NCBI GenBank assembly: GCA_000708835.1 | Contig: DF237397.1 | Location: forward strand, 10,262 to 74,261 | Origin: Klebsormidium nitens | Taxonomy: Eukaryota > Plantae > Klebsormidiophyceae | Direction of reading: 5' to 3' | DNA: 64,000 bases | Part shown: in pieces, positions 37,897 to 49,219 of the stretch | Numbering within the stretch: the first letter of the stretch is position 1 | Layout of the letters: every line of letters starts with the position of its first letter | Made by a program: the position numbers and the translations under genes | Notes under the pieces: generated by a model | Database searches by the model: none | Told to the model about the DNA's origin: nothing | Seen by the model: the letters and a program-made list of their open reading frames with translations, nothing else

Positions 37897-40800
37897 ATGG
37901 CTAACCTGGCCAGCTTAACCCAGATAAACGTGGTAGTAGCGGAGCGGCCCCCTTATGCATATCCCAACGCTTCGGACCCTTATGGCTGGTCGGGGATGCT
38001 GGTCTCTCTGATTCCGGTGCTGTTTCAAGCGGCGGGAATCAATGCATCGCTCAACTTTTACGAGTCGCCAGACAACGGGGGAGGGACACTAAAGAATGGC
38101 ACGTGGAACGGTGAGTGGTCCTCAGATTGTAAGATTTTCGGACAATTGTGGTTCGAGATTTCTGAGTATGCGGGCCAATGCGGGAAACGTCGGAGAAAGT
38201 GTTGAGTCATCCCTTGACACCTTGAAGACTTATGTTGAGGTTGGGAACAGCTTTCAGAGCTCGGTGAGGAAATTGGTTAAGATGCCCACTTCTCTAGGAA
38301 GCAACAACCTGCAGCCACTGGATTTCACAACGGTCCAAAGGAGAACCAGCTAGAATCCTAGCCCAGCATCTGAAACTTCTGGTTAAGCCCGTAATCTTGT
38401 GCCATCTTTTAATGAAACCAAGGTCTGTGCAGTGCTTACTTAGACACACGTACGCCCCTGCATTGCGATAGCTCATACTGCGAAACCGATCGAATGCCGT
38501 AATGCATGGCTGAGCACAGGTCATCTGGGCGACGTTGATTGAAGCCACGTGTCACCATGTTGCGGCGCCAGGTGTCACCGGAGAGCTCATTGCCAAGCGC
38601 GCAGACATTGCCGCTTTCCCTCTCGTACAATCACCGGGCCGTCCCGACTACATCGACATGTCGTACTCGTACAACGAAGCGGGGCTAGGGATTCTGGTGA
38701 AGAAACAGGTAAGGGGTCATTCTTGATCTGCTGGTGCATTTATTGCCTCAACCCGTCAATGGCAGAACACATAGGCTGTCCGTTTGGAACCGCCCTTTGC
38801 GGAGCCCTTTGGAGTGGATTCCAGACAAGCCCCGAAGTTTTGCTGACCTCTTCTCCGCCGATTAGTCGAGTTGTTTCGTAATGGATGGCGTGATGGAATT
38901 TGCGCAGGTCGTCACATCACCTGGCGGAGTAATTCTCGTCCTCGTAAAGTTCTCAATTCGCTATATTGCACGTTTATGTTGCTCGCCTCCATTCTGCTTC
39001 GATTCCTCGCTGCAATATTGCAAACGGCAAAGCAGAATACGGAGTTAGAGTTCAACGGGTGGAGCCGCTTTGAGTTTCGAGACGTCAACGTTAAGAACTT
39101 GGATCAAAGCACCTCAGGTGACATGACCTGACTTATCTGCTCACCACGAGCGCTGCATTTCACGTTCCGGGCAATGACTCTTCCCTTAAGCCCCTGTTAA
39201 GCCGCTCGGTAAAGGACCCGAAACCTTCCACGTGCAGAAAAGGAGACAGCCTTTTCAGGTGACCAAAGTAGATTGGCCAACTTAAGTGACCAACTTTGCA
39301 TCGAGTGACCAACTTGAGTGATTCTACGTAGACCAACTTCGACTCATTGAAGTTACTTTCCAACGTTCTCAATGTCATTTGCAGATCTCTAGCAGCAGCG
39401 GCACTACGCTTTATCTGAAGCCCTTCACCTCCGATCTGTGGGCCGTTCTTATATGCACAGTCTTGGGGATGGGCTTCGCTCTGTATCTCCTATCCCTGGT
39501 CTCGCCGCTCGGGGGATACGCTATCAAGCGCATGCGTAACGTGACGGCTGGTACGGAGGAGCAGCGTTACGTTATCGAAGACAGTAAGACCGCCCACCCT
39601 TCGCTCGTGATTCTTCGTTCTGTTATCCGGCCGTTCGATCGTTTTTCAGATCGAGCTCCCGCACCTTGGTATTCTGTTGACGTTTGCTTGCTCACGTCGG
39701 GCTCGAACAAGAGTGATGGCAATCTTCTTCGCTTTTGAGCTCTTAGCTTGTGGATGCCTCTGGAACCTTCCAGTTGGAAGTCCTCTCCGCACGATTTGGG
39801 ATTGGTAATCTCGCTTCCTTTTTGTAAACCCTCTCCGATACTCTTCTCTTGATTCAGAACGCTGGTCTTTGTGTGCAGTGTTGGACTCTTTCCTCATTGA
39901 CGTCCTCATGGTAAGTCTTTCAGAAACCTAAAGCAGAGGAGCCTAGATTAAGCGCCCAAAGGCCCGAACTTAAAAGATCGGCTGGTAGCTGATGAAGTAA
40001 TCTATTGCTCTTAGTTCATGAGGCCTTCCACATTATCGGCATGCGGATCTAACAGTCCGGCAAAGGAAGTTTGCTTCATCCAGAAACTGTGCCCAACTCT
40101 TTCCACTTTGTGCAAGTCCTGCCGCCTTTTCTGAGCTGGCACTGCTTTGCACCTTCCCTCCCAAGGAGAGACTCTATCTACTTTAGATTACGTCACGGTG
40201 GTGGAAAGCCTGTGTCGCCTGCCCTACACCATACGCTCATAGTTAATCCCTGACAATGCGCGTCAAATCCGGAATCAGTCACCACTTATCATTGGTATCA
40301 GAGCGTTGAGAGCTGTGGAAATTGTAACTTGTAACGGCGGGCTCTTTCAGAATGTACTCGTGGTGGCCCTTGACTATGCGTCGGAAGGAAGTAGACATAA
40401 TTACCTCATTCGTTGCAAGTAAACAGTCGAGTGCTTCGCTCACCGTGGCTCCTCTCTTGTGCGTGCAGGCCGCTGTGAACAACGCCTGGGAGCCACGTGG
40501 CAAGTCCTGGTCCATTCGATTGCCGTTCGTTGCCTACATCTTCTTCATGCTCATCATCATCTCTAGTTACACCGTAAGTCTTACTGATTCCCTGCGGAAA
40601 CTCTTCGGAGTCGTGTTGTTCTTGACAATGAAACTCAGCTATCTTTTCTTCCTTGTTCATTCAACTCGCAATCCAGTCATTAGAGTAGACGAAGCCTCTC
40701 GCCTTGAGAACAGCCGATCCTACGTCCAGAGATGACATATCGCCTGCCCCTACCCTCGTTGGCGGCAGCGGTCATGCTACCTGAAGGGGTCTGAAACCGC

Positions 40801-43800
40801 CGCTTAACCGGTGCCGAACCCTCTTTGCTCCAGGCCGACTCCGCCTCGGAATGTGACGGTTAAAACTCACGTTTTGGAGATTGAACTCAGCACCGCTTCC
40901 ATTCTTGATTCGAAACCGGCGCTTGACCCCCTTCCTTGCCCCCTTTTCTCACAGGCCAACTTCGCTTCCTACCTGACCGTTAACCAGTTCAGCACCGTGG
41001 TTAGCAGCCTCCAGGACCTCAAGAAGGGCGGCCTCAATTTCACGATCAACGCGGGGGGGGCGACGTACACCTACTTCACTCAGAGCCTGGCCCCCACGAT
41101 CCTGACGCTCCAACCCAAGCTCTCCGTAAGTTTCAAGTCTGAGTTTCATTTTGAGTCTTGATTGGACTTCGGCTTTTGAATGAGTTTGCATCTGGGGTTG
41201 TCGTTCGGGTTTGTCGTTCGGGTTTGGGTTTACCCCTCTGAGGCCGTCGATGTCTGAGATCCTGAAGCTCTTATCCAATCCTCCGTTAGTTTGGAGTTGT
41301 CTGAAGTTAGCTGATACTTGTGACGTCACTCAATGCGTCGGCGTGCTCAAGTAACGTACAAAGATTTACTTCTCCCCAGAAATCTGCCACTGGCCATGTT
41401 TGGGTTTCTCAAGGATGCCGTCAACGCTTTAGAAGTTGCAGAATCTTGATGCAGTCCGACGAGATGCTGCTCCTCCTTACAAAGTGCCTGATAATCCTGG
41501 CCTTTGCTTTTTTATTCCTGATTTCATGCCCGATCGGGTGCGATAGGATCTCGAGTTGCGGCCGGTCAATGGAAGCTTCGTTATCACAGCTATCAAAGCG
41601 GAAGACTTTGCTGACTATACTTGCTGAAGGGTTAGGGTTGCTCTTGCCAACCCAGTTTTAACTGGCAAGTTATCAACCCAAAATCAAGGTGTTCACCAGC
41701 CAACTTAACCTGTGTTGCTGGGAAACGCGTTGGGGTTCAAGTTGCTCTTGTCTCAAGCTGTTAGAAATTGTGGTTCTAACCCGCTGTGTTTCTTCCGTCG
41801 ATACGACCGCTTTTAAAGCATTCCCCGCCGCTTGTAAGTCCTCACAGGGAAGATCCATTCGAGCCCCAAACACACTCCTGTCGCTTCAAATGTTTTGATC
41901 AAGCTGATATCTGACGACTCCACGTTTTCCTGGGCACTGGCCAGATCAACCACGTGCAGAATCACTCAGGAATTTGTCGCCGTCAACCCGTCACAAACTT
42001 GTAGCTTGACGTCAATTCGCTGACCCGCTTCTTTTCATCTCTTCTCTCAAAAATCAACAACCCCATTCGGACAGGACTGCCCTTGCGGCGTCAGCGCTAA
42101 CGTCACCTATCGCGTCTTGCCTCGGAATTTCGAAGCCATTTTCCCTGGGCCTGGCTTCCGTTGGTTTCGGTGCCGCTTCCGCTCACATTGCGGAAACGCC
42201 GATTCTGCTTCCGAGCTGCGACGTCAGCGCTGACGTCATCTTTCCTCTTTCACGCAGACCGTCGACGCCACCTTTCCGGGCCTGGATTCCGTCCGTTCCG
42301 GTGCCGCTTCCGCTTACATCGGCGAGTCCCCGACGCTGCGTTACTTCGCGGGAATGGAGCCTTGCGACCTGGCCGTTGTGGGGCAGCCTTTTGGCCCGTC
42401 GGTCTATACCCTCGGCCTGCAGGTACATACCGTTCCGTTCCGCAGTTTCGTTCCGCTCTGATCCTAGAGTACTTCGCCAGAGGGGATCCGTGCGACCTGG
42501 CCGTCGCAGTTCTAGGGGCCCTCGTTTCGCGTCTTGTTCCGCTTCAGATTCGTACGAGCTTGATTTGAAAAGGTCCTGATGCCAGAGGCTGAAAATTGCT
42601 ACGGCGGCACAGAGAATGATGCGTTTCGACAAAAGGCTTGGCCGACCCATCAAAACTTGTTCAGAGCAATTGGCGAAACTCAAGGCGTTCATTCTCTGGA
42701 CTGGTATGTCTGACGGCCCAGACTCTGCACCTTGTCGTGGCTCCAGGTTGTAATTGCCAATTTGCTAGCTTTGACTGCACCTCTTGTGGGAAGAACAAGT
42801 GGTTTGAGCTGGTGAACGAGGAGGGGCTATGACCGAATCGTGCGTGGTCAGAAAGTCAGCAGCATTTGACTCCCCATAGATAGATATTCGCAGCATTTCG
42901 CTTTCGGCTTCTTGGACATGTGAGAGGGCAGATTGGCGATTTAGTACGCTAGCCGTTCGAGGCGTCCCTTTCTTTGCGATAAATCTGTCCTCAAGCGGTC
43001 ATCACGTCATGCCCACGTCATCCTTTCTGCAGTTCAACTCTCCTTACACGCCACGAATCAATGAGGCCATGCTGACACTCAAGGGGAACGGCTATTTGGA
43101 CCGACTCCAAAGGATATGGATCCAGGACGCCAACGTATGTGGTGGCAACTCTGCAAGCGTAAGTTCCGCAGCTCTTGGGCTCCGGTACGAACCTAAAGCT
43201 CTGAGTCGGGGCACAGATTCATCGTCTTGACTGACTGCATGAAATCTTCGTATTAAGCCCACCGCTCCGTAGCTGCTGTCACTTCGATGGTGTTCCGATG
43301 TACTCAGCAGAGTCCCTCCTCAGGTCGTGTTTATTGTGTTAGCGTAGGCACTTACACTCCTGATAAGCGGACGAACTTCAGATTCTGACTGCATCAGTTC
43401 TCGATACCCGTTGCACAATTCATCCGTTGTAATCTTCGAGTCCTTCGAAGGCTGTTCAACGAAACTTCGCACGTCTGCCCTTCGCTCTCTACTTCAACCA
43501 ACCCCAGAATTTGGCGTCTTAACCCGGATTCTTAGAAACTGTTTCGCTCGGGTTCTGCGATCCTCACCCACCGTTCGACTCTTCGCCATTCTCCGCAGGA
43601 CACGATCGGGGCGCTGAGCATCAGCGACTTCTCCGGCCTGTGGTACCTCTTGCTGGTCGCCATCGCGTTCGGTTTTGTCTGGGCGGGGCTCGAGCGGTAC
43701 GTACTTTTCCTCCTCACCCGGTACCCTTCACTTAGGGACCGGTTGGCCGCGTGGAAGGCGGCCGCGGCGCGCCACGGAAAGAACTTCGAAATGACCCGGG

Positions 43801-44006
43801 TGTTCTCGCACGTGTTTTCCCGGTCGGTATCCATACTCGTACGGAGTAAGTCCGAGATCGCGGCCGCGACGCCGACGGGGCGCGCGCGCGCGCCTGCGAG
43901 CGCCGAGGAGGAGAGGTCGACGGAAAGGGCGGCGCGGCTTGCGGTGGAGAATTACGATCGGGAAAAGGCGGAGCGCGCCGCACAGAAAGTAGGGCGGTTG
44001 TGGTAA
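37897..44006 (+). CDS. GLR: Ionotropic glutamate receptor-like channel, copy 2 (tandem paralog, no amino-terminal domain), about 518 aa, 9 coding exons
   Basis: Phase-consistent exons 37897-38110, 38572-38708 (GELIAKRADIAAFPLVQSPGR), 39385-39583 (YLKPFTSDLW + M1), 39879-39910, 40469-40573 (AAVNNAWEPRGKSWSIR...IIISSYT), 40955-41125 (ANFASYLTV...GGATYTYF), 42258-42422 (AYIGESPTLRY...EPCDLAVVGQPF), 43033-43158, 43599-44006 (LSISDFSGLWYLL). Exon sizes 137/199/32/105 equal those of copy 1. Total 1557 nt. Confidence 0.92.
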
Positions 44007-45852
44007 TCCTAGAACTTAGGTTGCAGGAAGGTCAATAAAAGGTTTTCGTGATTCAGGAAGGTTCAAAGGGTTGGAGTTTTAAGGGGACTAAAAAGGACGG
44101 CGAGGGCTGCCGGCTGGCGGTCTCGATAGATTCCTCATTGCTCGCAGGTAATCAGCGTCAGATATAGCAAGAGTCTGGCCGTATATATTTCGGCATAATG
44201 GTGGGAGGTTTGGTTCGTGACGAGTCGGATTAACCTTCTCGATCCGGGCCTTCCTTACTTCGGTTGAAGGGCATTGGAATGGGCTCTCTGTCCCCGCGAC
44301 GGTAGTCCGAAACGTCCTGATGGTGTTGACCCAATTAGTCAGTAAAATGTGTCAGTAGACTTTGTCAATTACTGACTTTACTAGTCAAACATATAGCGTG
44401 CAGAATGGGGGCTTCTCCTACGGTCGAGGTTGGGTAGAGTGCTCGGAAGCCAATGCCCGCACGGTGCGAAGGTCGTCAAACCGGTATCAGACAAAAGGAA
44501 CCTACAAATCTGCGTTTCAAGTTCATTTCATAATTCGGTGTCGTCATAAAGGATTGATATCGATTTGGCTACCACCTTGGACATTAGTATGCCAATCAAG
44601 TCCCCTTGAAATTGTATATTAGCGGTCAGCCTGTCTTGCATCCATTGCCTAACGACCAATTCATTTTCGTACTAAGTTTGATGGACGCTTTAGGTGATGA
44701 TCGTGCAGTGTTCGAATTTAATGGTTATGTACAGCATTGAATTGGCTGGCTAACCGTGTTGTTTTCATTGTGCCCCATGCAGCCGGACGACGTGTAGACT
44801 CCGATTATTAGGATAAGTGTTGGATTCTTTCAGTAAACTACCCAAGCGTGCATGACATGGCACGCATGGTGTCGTTTGATCGAACCCTCATTGAACGTCC
44901 GAGGGCGCAAACGGGTGCATGAGCATGCATGGTTTTTAGATCGGATAATGAACTTCTACCCCTGGCGCGGCGGCCAAGGTTTAGTGTATGGCTTCGTTGG
45001 TACCCCAATAATCCGCGGGCGGCCGTGCAGCAAGCAGCCGCCAAGCTTTTAGTGCCGCGCATGAGCTGAGCTTACCGTACAGTGATCGATTCGAACGACT
45101 GTCGGCCGGCACGCAACCGGTATACATCATATGTGGTGGTTTAGTAGTCGGCTTGCAGTAAACCGTCAGTGCACACGTTGTTGATTGATAGTAAAGTCGA
45201 TGCCACTGAGAGGGCCGCAGGTGGACAGTGCGCGATCGAAATGATGACCGTTTCGTTGTAGACCCAAAAGCCATTATAGCCAAGTCGTAGAAACCGCTTA
45301 GGAAAACCTGTTATGCTTTAGATCATAAAGCCGTGTCCACGCCGGTCATGCACAGTACGTTCCTAATTGCTGATGCAAACTATATGCTAGCTCAGCTAGT
45401 TAAGTACATTAAGAGTCTTGGTCCGATCATGTCACTGGGCCAGATTCAATATGTCGGGCGGTCTGCATAAAGTAGAGGCCGTCTTTCGACTACTTTTTAA
45501 ACATGCAAGTCGAAATAATCAAATTTTTGGCCGCCCTGATGGCGAATATGATGAAAATATAAGTATATATATACGGTATGGTAACAAATCGACACGATTT
45601 AAATTGACGCCCTTAACCGGCCGGCGCTGCAATGATGGCCACATGGTGACCGCCGCGCAAATCCGGCTTTCAATCTAAGTTCAACTATAACTGCAAGCCT
45701 TCCATCGAGATGCAACTTCAGGTTTCCAACGTTCGCTACATGTACGGTCTTTAGCAAGCACTGCAGTAACACGCAACATGGTATTCAGGGCCACTAGTTG
45801 TGGCGCTACGTAGAATATAACAATCAATTGATTGCAATGCGGTGGGTTGACG

Positions 45853-48585
45853 CTACTTAGATGTTCGTACTTCTTGAGGATCGATCGCATGTGCCAATCT
45901 GTCGGTTGGCCCTTCAGACTCTGTCACGGCTAGTTCTTGAGAACGCACTTGAAGCTCAAGGTGTTTGAGAAGCAGCTCCGAGCTGGTCATTGCAACTATC
46001 ATAGCGAGCCACAGTCCTGGAGTGCCACTGTCTCGATATGTACTGTCAGTGAGGAAATGGACAAACGCTATTGCGGGCCGTGATAGGATACTGGCGTACC
46101 TGCATGCAGCCAAAGGCACACGTTTCAATGGCTGGTGACTGCATTGGATCAGCGGTGAACAAATGGCTTGGTCCTGACCTCGGAATCTGCTCTTTGAGAG
46201 ACCATACCAAAGACAAGTATATAGTTTCACAGTTGTCAACGGCTTTGCCTCTGGTTCGTTGTGCAACATTCGCTTCTCTGCTTCTATGAGAGCGTATTGA
46301 GGGATTACTAATATTGGTTCAAGCCAGAGATTTTGCAGATTCCTTCCAGATTGAATGGTAGTGTCCACTTCAAGGAGGAGCCGCTGTCAAAGCGGTACTT
46401 GGCGAGTTCTACTTGTTCGTAGAAACAAATCCTTCGAAGGAGAGTCAATTGTCGACCCGTTCCTGGATCTTCGCCGGGGTCTCTCGATCGCTTCATAACC
46501 CAGTCAGTAATATAGACAGACTCCCAATTGCTTGGAGGGGCTTGACCGGCAAAGGATCCTGAGCGGTTGATTAAATGACTTCTTGATTCAAATCAAGCGA
46601 CCCTTACAACATGCCTCTCCTGAAATGGCGGAATCATCCGCAGACAAACGCAGCCCAGCGACTGGCGACATCGTGAGACATTATGGGAGGACATAAGAAA
46701 CTGACAAGGGATTCCTTTGCTGGCATCTACTGCAGGGTCTCAATTGCTGATCCACACAGCCTAATCTGGACCGCCAGGGCGCCTTACAGATCCGTGATGC
46801 TCGTATGCTCTGAAGGCCTGCTTTGAGTTATATCGTTCTCTGCGATTTGTCGCAACGGACAAGTTAATTGGCGTTAAACCTCAAACAAGCAGGTACTCCG
46901 ATCTAGGCCTACGCACTCACGGCCTCAACCGCAAGTTCCTTGACAGTTGAGTATATAAGGTGATGAATGCATGGTAACAACCTACCAAGTATCTCTTTGA
47001 ACCCGAGCAAGGAAGAGGAATACGAGAGAGAAAGAGGAATGAAAAGGAAAGAGACGAAGAGAGATAGAGAAAGGTGGGATCGAGACTCACCCTGCAGCCA
47101 TTGTCCTGACCACCCACTTCTCATGCGCCGTCACTAGCCTCCTCTTAATAGTCCAAAGCGCCATCCCCCCACAACCAAGCCACAGGACCGATAGCGCCAA
47201 ACAAGGGGCTGCAAACCCAGGGAATTCTGACCGGGGGGCCATAACCAGCCCCGTGACAGACAGACAACCCCCGCACATCAGGAAGACGTAGCCCGAGACA
47301 CGGTGGAGGGAAGCGTGGCGTCTGAGGGTTCCCGGAAAATTGAATTGCAGGAGGGTAGAGCAGATGTAGAGACTTGCGCATGATGCGTGCAGGCACCAGA
47401 GGGGGAAGTTGCTGAAGATGTGCTGGCCCGCATCGGAGGCTTTGTCCCAGGAACCTGACGATATTAAGATTGTAAGGCGATGGAAACAGATGCATCATCT
47501 TTCATGATCATCAGAAGCTCCCTAATACATTGCTTCAATCGGCAATCGAACCAGTGGCTTGACGAAGGGGCCACTTGAGGAGACTGCTCAAACTGGGGAG
47601 ATGGCAGGCTGCAAGTTTCAGATAATTCACAGGTCGGAGGTCAATCCTTGCGTGCAACAGAACACTTGTTCTGGTGACTTGGATCAAAGAGCAAACAGAG
47701 CGCACATGACAAATTCAAGCAACAGACTTGCACGAGCCTCATCACAAGCGGCTCCAAGCGGCTCCGACGCTCTCTCTTCAGAGCGTCGGCTCCATCATAT
47801 CTGCTCCAGTACACCACCACGAGCCATTTTTTTGGACTCCTTAAAGGATTCACTGCTTCGCATGTATCACTTGGCCAAGACAATACATTCAGCAGTCAGA
47901 CCGATGAGTCTCAGTCCAGTGCAGATTAGACACAAAACCGGTGATGAGCAGTTGCTCAAAGACTGAAGACTGAAAGACTGCCTACAGAATGACACTTTGA
48001 CTTCACATGAGGGATACCTCCAGCATCTTTTGGCTCACCTGGCGTTAGGGGCTGTATGAGGGGCTCATAGCCAGAAGCAAAAGCAAGGGCGTACAACAGG
48101 AAAGGCACCGAGGTGAATGTGACGAACTTTAGTGCCTTGCTACTCTGCCAATCTACATGAGTACTAATCCTGGTATCATTTTGTTTTGTTGCTGGAAGTC
48201 TTTGATGCAAGAATCTTGGTGTCGGAGGACTGGCGAGGTTGGGCCGTTGACTGTTGGTGAAGTACCAGCTAGCGTGCTTTAGAATCCGTGAGCTCCGCAG
48301 TTGGAATGATGGGGCACCAGTGCCGGCTAGTCCTTTGGCAGCTGAAGTTTGATGTATGAGGTTTTCACTGGATCTAGAAGAAGTTGGTGGTGGTTGGAAG
48401 ATGCGTTTGAGGTTGTGAACAGGTTTAGAACTTAAGCAAAGGCGTCTATCTGTGCCGGTGCCCATGAAAGGGAGAGCCAGCCTATCAATCGCAGAGTTGG
48501 ATTCCTCCAGCTTCCCTGACACTTCGACATCCTTGAGGATGCATTGTGGCTGGGCCCAGCTGGCCACACTTTGATGAATGTCCAT
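45853..48585 (-). CDS. DUF2306-like multi-pass membrane protein with a long Ser/Pro/Arg-rich N-terminal extension, about 392 aa, 3 exons
   Basis: Phase-consistent exons 48585-48018, 47454-47091 and 46099-45853. Exon 2 reads W.LHAS.A.LY....LLQF......LRRHA.LHR.SGY.F.....LS.TGL.MA.......ALS.LWL.....A...I.RR....HE.W..R.MAAG and continues as YASI..R in exon 3. This is the His/His/His-W..R pattern I recognise from DUF2306 membrane proteins. The last exon may hide a further intron. Confidence 0.75.
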
Positions 48586-49219
48586 TGTTTCAAAAACAGG
48601 AGCACTGAGACAGAAAGTGGCGAATCACAGGAACCAAATTGGTATATCTACTTATGGACTGAATAAGCTCCGCACTGAAGAACGTTCGAGTTGACGTGAA
48701 AGAAGCACAAGAATTCAAGACCGCCGACAGGGACGGGGGAGGCCTCCTTCAGATTCAATGATCAGGCCTTTCCCTGATCAGGCCATTCGTTGCAGTGGTT
48801 AGCAATGACCATTGCGACCATTCCTGAGGCTGTAGGCAGACAGGTGAGACTGTTCATGACAGAAAGTAAACGGCGCAGAATCACCATTCTTAAAGTGCGG
48901 CTGCACCATTTGCCTCTGACGTCCCTTCTGCTGCACCACTTTTTCCTTCGCTTTCAAGTTTCCTTTGCTCAGGCTGTGCCGCCACTTTCGCATGTTTGGC
49001 AGTTTGGGGACTCTGAAAGTTCCGCAGAGGCGACCAGGCTCGGGGAATCAAGGCTAATCTGTCGCCGTCCAACATTGTCCAAGTGTGAAGCTCAGCTGGC
49101 TGGCTTGCAAAGGTCGTGACATGCATTGCGTGTCTTTCCATGGAGCTTCGAGGACCGGGGCCATTCTGTGCGCAGTAGGACTCGGAGCTGGGGCCCAGGG
49201 CCACTCTCTTTTAGGGCTC

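Noticed and set aside
12751-44006. Functional Ca2+-signalling cluster (synaptotagmin next to GLR channels)
   Set aside because: Adjacency of unrelated genes in a eukaryote is not evidence of co-function without conserved synteny or co-expression.
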